Position numbers and translations under genes: made by a program. The notes under the pieces were generated by a model, which made no database searches, was not told the origin of the DNA, and worked only from the letters and a program-made list of their open reading frames with translations. From assembly GCA_964016885.1 (NCBI GenBank), contig OZ024742.1, positions 162,626,001 through 162,690,000 of the forward strand: a stretch of 64,000 bases of DNA. The letters run 5' to 3'. Origin of the DNA: Eledone cirrhosa. Taxonomy: Eukaryota. Positions within the stretch are counted from its first letter, which is position 1. Every line of letters begins with the position of its first letter. Positions 38,870-52,999 of the stretch are shown here, piece by piece.

Positions 38870-41800
38870 TTTAGGAATTTTAGGAATTTTAGGAATTTTA
38901 GGAATTTTTCCGAATTTTCGTAATTTTATGAATTTTTATGAATTTTAGGAATTTTATGAATTTTATGAATTTTACAATTTTACGAATTTTAATTTTAGGA
39001 ATTTTATAAATTTTATGAATTTTATGAATTTTAGGAATTTTATGAATTTTATGAATTTAGGAATTTTAGGAATTTTAGGAATTTTAGGAATTTAAGGAAT
39101 TTTTTGAATTTTAGGAATTTTAGGAATTTTAGGAATTCTATGAATTTTTCCGAATTTTCGTAATTTTAGGAATTTCTATGAATTTTAGGAATTTTAAGAA
39201 TTTTTTTGAATTTTTTGAATTTTATGAATTTTTAGGAATTTTCTGAATTTATGAATTATATAAATTTTAAGAATTTTAGGAATCTTAGGAATTTTAGGAA
39301 TTTTTGGAATTTTAGGAATTTTGAGGAATTTTCGGAATTCTATGTATTTTTAGGAATTTTAGGAATTTTAGGAATTTTTGGAATTTTAGGAATTTTATGA
39401 ATTTTAAGAATTTTATGAATTTTTATGAATTTTAGGAATTTTATGAATTTTATGAATTTTACAATTTTACGAATTTTAATTTTAGGAATTTTATAAATTT
39501 CATGAATTTTATGAATTTTCGGAATATTATGTATTTTTAGGAATTTTAGGAATTTAGGAATTTTATAAATATTAGGAATTTTAGGAATATTAAGAATTTT
39601 AGGAATTTTAGGAATTTTTAGGAATTTTAGGAATTTTAGGAATTTTATGAATGTTATGGATTTTATGAATTTTATGAATTTTAGGAATTTTAGGAACTTT
39701 AGGAATTTTATGAATTTTTGGAATTTTATGAATGTTAGGACTTTTAGGAATTTTTGGAATTTTATGAATTTTGGGAATTTTAGGAATTTTAGGAATTTTA
39801 GGAATTTTGGAATTTTATGAATTTTAGGAATTTTATGAATTATATGAATTTTTGGAATTTTACGAATTTTATGTATTTTTAGTAATTTTAGGAATTTTAG
39901 GAATTTTACGAATTTTAGGAATTTTTCCGAATTTTCGTAATTTTATGAATTTTTAGGAATTTTAGGAATTATAGGAATCTTAGGAATTTTACAATTTTGC
40001 GAATTTTAGTAATTTTAGGAATTTTAGGAATTTTATGAATTTAGGAATTTTAGGAATTTTAGGAATTTTAGGGATTTTAGTAATTTTAGTAATTTTAGGA
40101 ATTTTAAGAATTTTAGGAATTTTAGGAATTTTTTGGAATTTTCGGAATTTTATGAATTTTTAGGAATTTTAGGAATTTTAGGAATTTTATGAATGTTATT
40201 AATTTTATGAATTTTATGAATTTTAGGAATTTTAGGATTTTTATGAATTTTTGGAATTTTAGGAATTTTAGGAATTTTATGAATTTTATGAATTTTATGA
40301 ATTTTACGAATTTTAGAAATGTTATGAATTTTAGGAATTTTAGGAATTTTAGGAATTTTATGAATTTTAGGAATTTTAGGCATTTTTATGTATTTGAGGA
40401 ATTTTATGAATTTTATGAATTTTATGAATTTTAGTAATTTTAGGAATTTTATGAATTATATGAATTTTTGGAATTTTAGGAATTTTGAGGAATTTTTTTG
40501 AATTTTCGGAATTTTATGTATTTTTAGGAATCTTAGGAATTTTAGGAATTTTAGGAATTTTAGGAATTTTTCCGAATTTTCGTAATTTTATGAATTTTTA
40601 GGAATTTTAGGAATTTTAGGAATTTTACAATTTTACGAATTTTAGTAATTTTAGGAATTTTAGGAATTTTTATGTATTTGAGGAATTTTATGAATTTAGG
40701 AATTTTAGGAATTTTAGGAATTTTAGGAATTTTAGTAATTTCAGGAATTTTAAGAATTTTAGGAACTTTAGGAATTTTTTGCAATTTTCGGAATTTTATG
40801 AATTTTTAGGAATTTTAGGAATTTTAGGAATTTTATGAATGTTATTAATTTTATGAATTTTATGAATTTTAGGAATTTTAGGATTTTTATGAATTTTTGG
40901 AATTTTAGGAATTTTAGGAATTTTATGAATTTAGGAATTTTAGGAATTTTAGGAATTTTAGGAATTTTAGGAATTTTAGGAATTTTAGGAATTTAGGAAT
41001 TTTAGGAATTTTAGGAATTTTAGGAATTTTAGTAATTTTAGGAATTTTAAGAATTTTAGGAATTTTAGGAATTTTTTGGAATTTTAGGAATTTTAGGAAT
41101 TTTTAGGAATTTTAGGAATTTTAGGAATTTTATGAATGTTATTAATTTTATGAATTTTATGAATTTTAGGAATTTTATGATTTTTATGAATTTTTGGAAT
41201 TTTAGGAATTTTAGGAATTTTATGAATTTTATGAATTTTATGAATTTTATGAATTTTACGAATTTTAGAAATGTTATGAATTTTAGGAATTTTAGGAATT
41301 TTAGGAATTTTAGGAATTTTAAGAATTTTAGGAATTTTAGGAATTTTTTTGAATTTTTTGAATTTTATGAATTTTTAGGAATTTTCTGAATTATATAAAT
41401 TTTAGGAATTTTAGGAATCTTAGGAATTTTAGGAATTTTATGAATTTTAGTAATTTTAGGAATTTTAAGGATTTTAGGAATTTTAGGAATTTTTTGGAAT
41501 TTTTGGAATTTTCGGAATTTTAGGAATTTTTAGGAATTTTAGGAATTTTATGAATTTTATGAATTTTAGGAATTTTAGGAATTTTAGGAATTTTAGGAAT
41601 TTTAGGAATTTTAGGAATTTTTATGTATTTTAGGAATTATAGGAATTTTATGAATTTTATAAATTTTATGAATTTTATGAATTTTCGGAATTTAGGAATT
41701 TTAGGAATTTTTTGGAATTTTTTTGAATTTTCGGAATTTTATGTATTTTTAGGAATTTTAGGAATTTTCGTAATTTTATGAATTTTTATGAATTTTAGGA

Positions 41801-44800
41801 ATTTTATGAATTTTATGAATTTTACAATTTTACGAATTTTAATTTTAGGAATTTTATAAATTTTATGAATTTTATGAATTTTAGGAATTTTATGAATTTT
41901 ATGAATTTTAGGAATTTTAGGAATTTTAGGAATTTCTATGAATTTTAGGAATTTTAAGAATCTTTTTGAATTTTTTGAATTTTATGAATTTTTAGGAATT
42001 TTCTGAATTTTCTGAATTATATAAATTTTAGGAATTTTAGGAATCTTAGGAATTTTAGGAATTTTTTGAATTTTATGAATTTTTAGCAATTTTCTGAATT
42101 TTCTGAATTATATAAATATTAGGAATTTTAGGAATCTTAGGAATTTTAGGAATTTTAGGAATTTTAGGAATTTTTGGAATTTTAGGAATTTTATGTATTT
42201 TTAGGAATTTTAGGAATTTTATAAATATTAGGAATTTTAGGAATATTAAGAATTTTAGGAATTTTAGGAATTTTTAGGAATTTTAGGAATTTTAGGAATT
42301 TTATGAATGTTATGAATTTTATGAATTTTAGGAATTTTAGGAATTTTATGAATTTTAGGATTTTTATGAATTTTTGGAATTTTATGAATGTTAGGACTTT
42401 TAGGAATTTTTGGAATTTTATGAATTTTATGAATTTTAGAAATGTTATGAAATTTAGGAATTTTAGGAATTTTGGGAATTTTGGGAATTTTAGGAATTTT
42501 AGGAATTTTAGGAATTTTGGAATTTTAGGAATTTTAGGAATTTTTTGAATTTTGGAATTTTAGGAATTTTAGGAATTTTTATGTATTTGAGGAATTTTAT
42601 GAATTTTATGAATTTTATGAATTTTAGGAATTTTATGAATTTTATGAATTATATGAATTTTTGGAATTTTAGGAACTTTGAGGAATTTTTTTGAATTTTC
42701 GGAATTTTATGTATTTTTAGGAATTTTAGGAATTTTAGGAATTTTAGGAATTTTTCCGAATTTTCGTAATTTTATGAATTTTTAGGAATTCAAGGAATTT
42801 TATGAATTTTAGGAATTTTATGAATTTAGGAATTTTAGGAATTTTAGGAATTTTAGGAATTTTATGAATTTTATGAATTTTATGAATTTTATGAATTTTA
42901 TGAATTTTACGAATTTTAGAAATGTTATGAATTTTAGGAATTTTAGGAATTTTAGGAATTTTAGGAATTTTAAGAATTTTAGGAATTTTAGGAATTTTTT
43001 TGAATTTTTTGAATTTTATGAATTTTTAGGATTTTTCTGAATTATATAAATTTTAGGAATTTTAGGAATCTTAGGAATTTTAGGAATTTTATGAATTTTA
43101 GGAATTTTAGGAATTTTAAGGATTTTAGGAATTTTAGGAATTTTTTGGAATTTTTGGAATTATCGGAATTTTAGGAATTTTTATGAATTTTAGGAATTTT
43201 ATGAATTTTATGAATTTTATGAATTTTATGAATTTTAGGATTTTTATGAATTTTTGGAATTTTGGAATGTTAGGAATTTTTGGAATTTTGGGAATTTTAG
43301 GAATTTTAGGAATATTAGGAATTTTGGAATTTTAGGAATTTTATGAATTTTAGGAATTTTTTGAATTTTATGAATTTTATGAATTTTATGAATTTTATGA
43401 ATTTAGGAATTTTAGGAATTTTCAGGAATTTTTTTGAATTATCGGAATTTTATGTATTTTTAGGAATTTTACGAATTTTAGGAATTTCAGGAATTTTAGG
43501 AATTTTTCCGAATTTTCGTAATTTTATGAATTTTTAGGAATTTTAGGAATTTTATGAATTTTAGGAATTTTACAATTTTACGAATTTTAATTTAAGGAAT
43601 TTTATAAATTTTATGAATTTTATGAATTATGGGAATTTTATGAATTTTAGGAATTTAGGAATTTTAGGAATTTTAGGAATTTTAGGAATTTTAGGAATTT
43701 TAGGAATTTTTCCGAATTTTCGTAATTTTATGAATTTTTATGAATTTTAGGAATTTTATGAATTTTATGAATTTTACAATTTTACGAATTTTAATTTTAG
43801 GAATTTTATAAATTTTATGAATTTTATGAATTTTAGGAATTTTATGAATTTTATGAATTTAGGAATTTTAGGAATTTTAGGAATTTTAGGAATTTTAGGA
43901 ATTTTAGGAATTTTATGAATTTTTCCGAATTTTCGTAATTTTAGGAATTTCTATGAATTTTAGGAATTTTAAGAATTTTTTTGAATTTTTTGAATTTTAT
44001 GAATTTTTAGGAATTTTCTGAATTTTATGAATTATATAAATTTTAAGAATTTTAGGAATCTTAGGAATTTTAGGAATTTTTGGAATTTTAGGAATTTTGA
44101 GGAATTTTCGGAATTTTATGTATTTTTAGGAATTTTAGGAATTTTAGGAATTTTTGGAATTTTAGGAATTTTATGAATTTTAAGAATTTTATGAATTTTT
44201 ATGAATTTTAGGAATTTTATGAATTTTATGAATTTTACAATTTTACGAATTTTAATTTTAGGAATTTTATAAATTTCATGAATTTTATGAATTTTCGGAA
44301 TATTATGTATTTTTAGGAATTTTAGGAATTTTAGGAATTTTATAAATATTAGGAATTTTAGGAATATTAAGAATTTTAGGAATTTTAGGAATTTTTAGGA
44401 ATTTTAGGAATTTTAGGAATTTTATGAATGTTATGGATTTTATGAATTTTATGAATTTTAGGAATTTTAGGAATTTTAGGAATTTTATGAATTTTTGGAA
44501 TTTTATGAATGTTAGGACTTTTAGGAATTTTTGGAATTTTATGAATTTGGGGAATTTTAGGAATTTTAGGAATTTTAGGAATTTTGGAATTTTATGAATT
44601 TTAGGAATTTTATGAATTATATGAATTTTTGGAATTTTACGAATTTTATGTATTTTTAGTAATTTTAGGAATTTTAGGAATTTTACGAATTTTAGGAATT
44701 TTTCCGAATTTTCGTAATTTTATGAATTTTTAGGAATTTTAGGAATTATAGGAATCTTAGGAATTTTACAATTTTGCGAATTTTAGTAATTTTAGGAATT

Positions 44801-45000
44801 TTAGGAATTTTATGAATTTAGGAATTTTAGGAATTTTAGGAATTTTAGGAATTTTAGTAATTTTAGTAATTTTAGGAATTTTAAGAATTTTAGGAATTTT
44901 AGGAATTTTTTGGAATTTTTGGAATTTTATGAATTTTTAGGAATTTTAGGAATTTTAGGAATTTTATGAATGTTATTAATTTTATGAATTTTATGAATTT
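38870..45000 (+). repeat. ~1.35-kb block repeated at ~4777-bp offset (~38870-40220 and ~43670-45000)
   Basis: CATGAATTTT at 39501/44277; ATGTTATGGA at 39651/44428; the C of TTTTGCGAA at 40000/44777. Confidence 0.8.
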
Positions 45001-46489
45001 TAGGATTTTTATGAATTTTTGGAATTTTATGAATGTTAGGAATTTTATGAATTTTTGGAATTTTATGAATTTTATGAATTTTAGAAATGTTATGAAATTT
45101 AGGAATTTTAGGAATTTTTGTAATTTTGGGAATTTTAGGAATTTTATGAATTTTAGGAATTTTATGAATGTTATGAATTTTATGAATTTTATGAATTTTA
45201 GGAATTTTATGAATTTTAGGATTTTTATGAATTTTTGGAATTTTATGAATGTTAGGAATTTTATGAATTTTTGGAATTTTATGAATTTTATGAATTTTAG
45301 AAATGTTATGAAATTTATGAATTTTAGGAATTTTGGAATTTTAGGAATTTTAGGAATTTTTTGAATTTTAGGAATTTTAGGAATTTTAGGAATTTTTATG
45401 TATTTGAGGAATTTTATGAATTTTATGAATTTTATGAATTTTAGGAAATTTATGAATTATATGAATTTTTGGAATTTTCGGAATTTTATGTATTTTTAGT
45501 AATTTTAGGAATTTTAGTAATTTTACGAATTTTAGGAATTTTTCCGAATTTTCGTAATTTTATGAATTTTTAGGAATTTTAGGAATTATAGGAATCTTAG
45601 GAATTTTACAATTTTGCGAATTTTAGTAATTTTAGGAATTTTAGGAATTTTATGAATTTAGGAATTTTAGGAATTTTAGGAATTTTAGGAATTTTAGTAA
45701 TTTTAGTAATTTTAGGAATTTTAAGAATTTTAGGAATTTTAGGAATTTTTTGGAATTTTCGGAATTTTATGAATTTTTAGGAATTTTAGGAATTTTAGGA
45801 ATTTTATGAATGTTATTAATTTTATGAATTTTATGAATTTTAGGAATTTTAGGATTTTTATGAATTTTTGGAATTTTAGGAATTTTGGAATTTTAGGAAT
45901 TTTAGGAATTTTATGAATTTTAAGAATTTTAGGCATTTTTATGTATTTTAGGAATTTTAGGAATTTTATGAATTTTATGAATTTTATGAATTTTATGAAT
46001 TTTAGGAATTTAGGAATTTTAGGAATTTTCAGGAATTTTTTGGAATTTTTTGAATTTTATGAATTTTTAGGAATTTTCTGAATTTTATGAATTATATAAA
46101 TTTTAGGAATTTTAGGAATCTTAGGAATTTTAGAAATTTTATGAATTTTAGTAATTTTAGGAATTTTTTGGAATTTTTGGAATTTTAGGAATTTTAGGAA
46201 TTTTAAGGAATTTTAGGAATTTTATGAATTTTATGAACTTTATGAATTTTAGGATTTTTATGAATTTTGGAATTTTAGGAATTTTAGAAATTTTTTAAAT
46301 TTTAGGAACTTTAGGAATTTTAGGAATTTTTATGTATTTTAGGAATTTTAGCAAGTTTATGAATTCTATGAATTTTAGGAATTTTAGGAATTTTGAGGAA
46401 TTTTTTTGAATTTTCGGAATTTTATGTATTTTTAGGAATTTTAGGAATTTTAGGAATTTTAGGAATTTTTGGAATTTTAATAATTTTAG

Positions 46490-47860
46490 GAATTTTAGGA
46501 ATTTTTGGAATTTTGTGAATTTTAGGAATTTTAGGAATTTTAGGAATTTTAAGAATTTTAGGAATTTTATGAATTTTAGGAATTTTAATAATTTTAGGAA
46601 TTTTAGGAAATTTAGGAATTTTTTGAATTTCTTGGAATTTTTCGAATTTTTATGAATTTTATGAATTTTTGGAATTTTATGAATTTTAGGATATTTAGGG
46701 ATTTTTTCGAATTTTATAAATTTTAGGAATTTTAGGAATTTTAGGAATTTAAGGAATTTTTTTAATTTTAGGAATTTTAGGAATTTTAGGGATTTCTATG
46801 AATTTTAGGAATTTTAGGAATTTTAGGAATTTTAAGAATTTTAGGAATTTTATGAATTTTATGAATTTTTGGAATTTTAGGAATTTTAGGAATTTTAGGA
46901 ATTTTTTGGAATTTTCGGAATTTTATGAATTTTTAGGTATTTTATGAATTTTATGAATTTTATGAATTTTATGAATTTTATGAATTTTATGAATTTTATG
47001 AATTTTAGGAATTTTAGGAATTTTGGGAATTTTGGGAATTTTAGGAATTTTTTGAATATCTTGGAATTTTATGAATTTTTAGGAATTTTATGAATTTTAT
47101 GAATTTTATGAATTTTTAGGAATTTTCTGAATTTTCTGAATTATATAAATTTTAGGAATTTTAGGAATCTTAGGAATTTTAGGAATTTTAGGAATTTTAT
47201 GAAATTCAAGAATTTTAGGAATTTTTTGAATTTCTTGAATTTTCGGAATTTTAGTAATTTTTTGGAATTTTTGTAATTTTATGAATATTTATGAATTTTA
47301 TGAATTTTATGAATTTTATGAATTTTATGAATTTTATGAATTTTATGAATTTTAGGAATTTTATAAATTTTATGAATTTTATGAATTTTAGGAATTTTAG
47401 GAATTTTAATAATTTTAGGAATCTTAGGAATTTTTGGAATTTTGTGAATTTTAGGAATTTTAGGAATTTTAGGAATTTTAAGAATTTTAGGAATTTTATG
47501 AATTTTAGGAATTTTAATAATTTTAGGAATTTTAGGAAATTTAGGAATCTTTTGAATTTCTTGGAATTTTTCGAATTTTTATGAATTTTATGAATTTTTG
47601 GAATTTTATGAATTTTAGGAAATTTAGGAATTTTTTCGAATTTTATAAATTTTAGGAATTTTAGGAATTTTAGGAATTTAAGGAATTTTTTTAATTTTAG
47701 GAATTTTAGGAATTTTAGGGATTTCTATGAATTTTAGGAATTTTAAGAATTTTAGGAATTTTATGAATTTTATGAATTTTTGGAATTTTAGGAATTTTAG
47801 GAATTTTAGGAATTTTTTGGAATTTTCGGAATTTTATGAATTTTTAGGTATTTTAGGAAT
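46490..47860 (+). repeat. Divergent 9-bp-satellite module repeated at 929-bp offset; related copy at ~50040-50720
   Basis: TTTGTGAAT at 46512/47441; CTTGGAATTTTTCGAA at 46631/47560/50354. Confidence 0.8.
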
Positions 47861-50800
47861 TTTATGAATTTTTATGAATTTTATGAATTTTTGGAATTTT
47901 AGGAACTTTGAGGAATTTTTTTGAATTTTCGGAATTTTATGTATTTTTAGGAATTTTAGGAATTTTAGGAATTTTAGGAATATTAAGAATTTTAGGAATT
48001 TTAGGAATTTTTAGGAATTTTAGGAATTTTAGGAATTTTATGAATGTTATGAATTTTATGAATTTTAGGATTTTTATGAATTTTTGGAATTTTATGAATG
48101 TTAGGACTTTTAGGAATTTTTGGAATTTTATGAATTTTATGAATTTTAGAAATGTTATGAAATTTAGGAATTTTAGGAATTTTGGAATTTTAGGAATTTT
48201 AGGAATTTTTTGAATTTTAGGAATTTTAGGAATTTTAGGAATTTTTATGTATTTGAGGAATTTTATGAATTTTAGGAATTTTAGGAATTTTAGGAATTTT
48301 AGGAATTTTAGGAATTTTACAATTTTACGAATTTTAGTAATTTTAGGAATTTTAGGAATTTTATGAATTTAGGAATTTTAGGAATTTTAGGAATTTTAGT
48401 AATTTTAGTAATTTTAGGAATTTTAAGAATTTTAGGAATTTTAGGAATTTTTTGGAATTTTAGGAATTTTATGAATTTTTAGGAATTTTAGGAATTTTAG
48501 GAATTTTAGGAATGTTATTAATTTTAGGAATTTTAGGAATTTTAGGATTTTTATGAATTTTTGGAATTTTAGGAATTTTAGGAATTTTAGCAATTTTAGG
48601 AATTTTATGTATTTTATGAATTTTACGAATTTTAGAAATGTTATGAATTTTAGGAATTTTAGGAATTTTAGGAATTTTAGGAATTTTAAGAATTTTAGGA
48701 ATTTTAGGAATTTTTTTGAATTTTTTGAATTTTATGAATTTTTAGGAATTTTCTGAATATTATAAATTTTAGGAATTTTAGGAATCTTAGGAATTTTAGG
48801 AATTTTAGGAATTTTTTGGAATTTTTGGAATTTTAGGAATTTTAGGAATTTTTAGGAATTTTAGGAATTTTAGGAATTTTATGAATTTTAGGAATTTTAG
48901 GAATTTTAGGATTTTTATGAATTTTGGAATTTTGGAATGTTAGGAATTTTTGGAATTTTGGGAATTTTAGGAATTTTAGGAATATTAGGAATTTTGGAAT
49001 TTTAGGAATTTTAGGAATTTTAGGAATTTTTTGAATTTTAGGAATTTTAGGAATTTTCGGAATTTTTATGTATTTTAGGAATTTTATGAATTTTTAGGAA
49101 TTTTAGGAATTTTAGGAATTTTATGAATGTTATGAATTTTATGAATTTTATGAATTTTATGAATTTTATGAATTTTAGGATTTTTATGAATTTTTGGAAT
49201 TTTATGAATGTTAGGAATTTTAGGAATTTTTGGAATTTTATGAATTTTATGAATTTTAGAAATGTTATGAAATTTAGGAATTTTAGGAATTTTGGGAATT
49301 TTGGGAATTTTATGAATTTTAGGAATTTTATGAATTTTAGGAATTTAGGAATTTTAGGAATTTTAGGAATTTTAGGAATTTAAGGAATTTTTTGAATTTT
49401 AGGAATTTTAGGAATTTCTATGAATTTTAGGAATTTTAAGAATTTTTTTGAATTTTTTGAATTTTATGAATTTTTAGGAATTTTCTGAATTTTATGAATT
49501 ATATAAATTTTAGGAATTTTAGGAATCTTAGGAATTTTAGAAATTTTATGAATTTTATGAATTTTAGGAATTTTTTGTAATTTTCGGAATTTTCGGAATT
49601 TTAGGAATTTTAAGGAATTTTAGGAATTTTATAAATTTTATGAATTTTATGAACTTTATGAATTTTAGGATTTTTATGAATTTTTGGAATTTTAGGAATT
49701 TTAGAAATTTTTTAAATTTTAGGAACTTTAGGAATTTTAGGAATTTTATGAATTTTAGGAATTTAGGAATTTTAGGAATTTTGAGGAATTTTTTTGAATT
49801 TTCGGAATTTTATGTATTTTTAGGAATTTTAGGAATTTTAGGAATTTTAGGAATTTTTGGAATTTTAGGAATTTTAGGAATTTTAAGAATTTTAGGAATT
49901 TCGAAAAATTTTTTTGAATTTTCGGAATTTTAAGTATTTTTAGGAATTTTAGGAATTTTAGGAATTTTAGGAATTTTAGGAATTTTATGAATTTTGGTAA
50001 TTTTAGGAATTTTAAGAATTTTTGGAATTTTAGGAATTTTAGGAATTTTTTGAATTTCTTGGAATTTTATGAATTTTTATGAATTTCATGAATTTTATGA
50101 ATTTTATGAATTTTTGGAATTTTAGGAATTTTAGGAATCTTAGGAATTTTATGAACTTTTTGAATTTTAGGAATTTTAATTTTATGAATTTTTGGAATTT
50201 GAGGAATTTTAGGAATTTTAGGAATTTTAGGAATTTTACGAATTTTAGTAATTTTAGGAATTTTATAAATTTTAGGAATTTTAGGAATTTTATGAATTAT
50301 ATAAATTTTAGGAATTTTAGGAATCTTAGGAAATTTAGGAATTTTTTGTATTTCTTGGAATTTTTCGAATTTTTATGAATTTTATGAATTTTTGGAATTT
50401 TATGAATTTTAGGAAATTTAGGAATTTTTTCGAATTTTATAAATTGTAGGAATTTTAGGAATTTTAGGAATTTAAGGAATTTTTTTAATTTTAGGAATTT
50501 TAGGGATTTCTATAAATTTTAGGAATTTTAGGAATTTTAGGAATTTTAAGAATTTTAGGAATTTTATGAATTTTATGAATTTTTGGAATTTTAGGAATTT
50601 TAGGAATTTTATGAATTTTTTGGAATTTTCGGAATTTTATGAATTTTTAGGTATTTTAGGAATTTTATGAATTTTTATGAATTTTATGAATTTTTGGAAT
50701 TTTAGGAACTTTGAGGAATTTTTTTGAATTTTCGGAATTTTATGTATTTTTAGGAATTTTAGGAATTTTAGGAATTTTAGGAATTTTAGGAATTTTAGGA

Positions 50801-52999
50801 ATTTTAGGAATATTAAGAATTTTTATGAATTTTATGAATTTTATGAATTTTTGGAATTTTAGGAATTTTCAGGAATTTTTTTGAATTTTCGGAATTTTAT
50901 GTATTTTTAGGAATTTTAGGAATTTTCGGAATTTTAGGAATTTTAGGAATTTTTCCGAATTTTCGTAATTTTATGAATTGTTATGAATTTTAGGAATTTT
51001 ATGAATTTTATGAATTTTACAATTTTACGAATTTTAATTTTAGGAATTTTATAAATTTTATGAATTTTATGAATTTTCGGAATTTTATGAATTTTAGGAA
51101 TTTTAGGAATTTTAGGAATTTCTATGAATTTTAGGAATTTTAAGAATTTTTTTGAATTTTTTGAATTTTATGAATTTTTAGGAATTTTCTGAATTTTATG
51201 AATTATATAAATTTTAGGAATTTTAGGAATCTTAGGAATTTTAGGAATTTTTGGAATTTTAGGAATTTTGAGGAATTTTTTTGAATTTTCGGAATTTTAT
51301 GTATTTTTAGGAATTTTAGGAATTTTAGGAATTTTAGGAATTTTAGGAATTTTTGGAATTTTAGGAATTTTATGAATTTTAAGAATTTTATGAATTTTTA
51401 TGAATTTTAGGAATTTTATGAATTTTATGAATTTTACAATTTTACGAATTTTAATTTTAGGAATTTTATAAATTTTATGAATTTTATGAATTTTCGGAAT
51501 ATTATGTATTTTTAGGAATTTTAGGAATTTTAGGAATTTTATAAATATTAGGAATTTTAGGAATATTAAGAATTTTAGGAATTATAGGAATATTTAGGAA
51601 TTTTAGGAATTTTAGGAATTTTATGAATGTTATGAATTTTATGAATTTTAGGAATTTTAGGAATTTTAGGAATTTTAGGATTTTTATGAATTTTTGGAAT
51701 TTTATGAATGTTAGGACTTTTAGGAATTTTTGGAATTTTATGAATTTTATGAATTTTAGAAATGTTATGAAATTTAGGAATTTTAGGAATTTTGGGAATT
51801 TTGGGAATTTTAGGAATTTTAGGAATTTTAGGAATTTTGGAATTTTAGGAATTTTAGGAATTTTTTGAATTTTAGGAATTTTAGGAATTTTAGGAATTTT
51901 TATGTATTTGAGGAATTTTATGAATTTTATGAATTTTATGAATTTTATGAATTTTACGAATTTTATGAATTATATGAATCTTTGGAATTTTAGGAATTTT
52001 GAGGAATTATTTTGAATTTTCGGAATTTTATGTATTTTTAGAAATTTTAGGAATTTTAGGAATTTTAGGAATTTTTCCGAATTTTCGTAATTTTATGAAT
52101 TTTTAGGAATTTTAGGAATTTTATGAATTTTAGGAATTTTACAATTTTACGAATTTTAGTAATTTTAGGAATTTTAGGAATTTTATGAATTTAGGAATTT
52201 TAGGAATTTTAGGAATTTTAGGAATTTTAGTAATTTTAGGAATTTTAAGAATTTTAGGAATCTTAGGAATTTTTGGGAATTTTCGGAATTTTATGAATTT
52301 TTAGGAATTTTAGGAATTTTAGGAATTTTATGAATGTTATTAATTTTATGAATTTTAGGAATTTTAGGAATTTTAGGAATTTTAGGAATTTTATGAATTT
52401 TATGAATTTTACGAATTTTAGAAATGTTATGAATTTTATGAATTTTAGGAATTTTAGGAATTTTAGGAATTTTTTTGAATTTTTTGAATTTTATGAATTT
52501 TTAGGATTTTTCTGAATTATATAAATTTTAGGAATTTTAGGAATCTTAGGAATATTAGGAATTTTATGAATTTTAGGAATTTTAGGAATTTTAAGGATTT
52601 TAGGAATTTTAGGAATTTTTTGGAATTTTTGGAATTTTCGGAATTTTCGGAATTTTTAGGAATTTTAGGAATTTTATGAATTTTATGAATTTTATGAATT
52701 TTAGGAATTTTAGGATTTTTATGAAGTTTTGGAATTTTGAAATGTTAGGAATTTTTGGAATTTTGGGAATTTTAGGAATTTTAGGAATATTAGGAATTTT
52801 AGGAATTTTATGAATTTTAGGAATTTTAGGAATTTTAAGGATTTTAGGAATTTTAGGAATTTTTTGGAATTTTTGGAATTATCGGAATTTTAGGAATTTT
52901 TATGAATTTTAGGAATTTTATGAATTTTATGAATTTTATGAATTTTAAGAATTTTAGGATTTTTATGAATTTTTGGAATTTTGGAATGTTAGGAATTTT

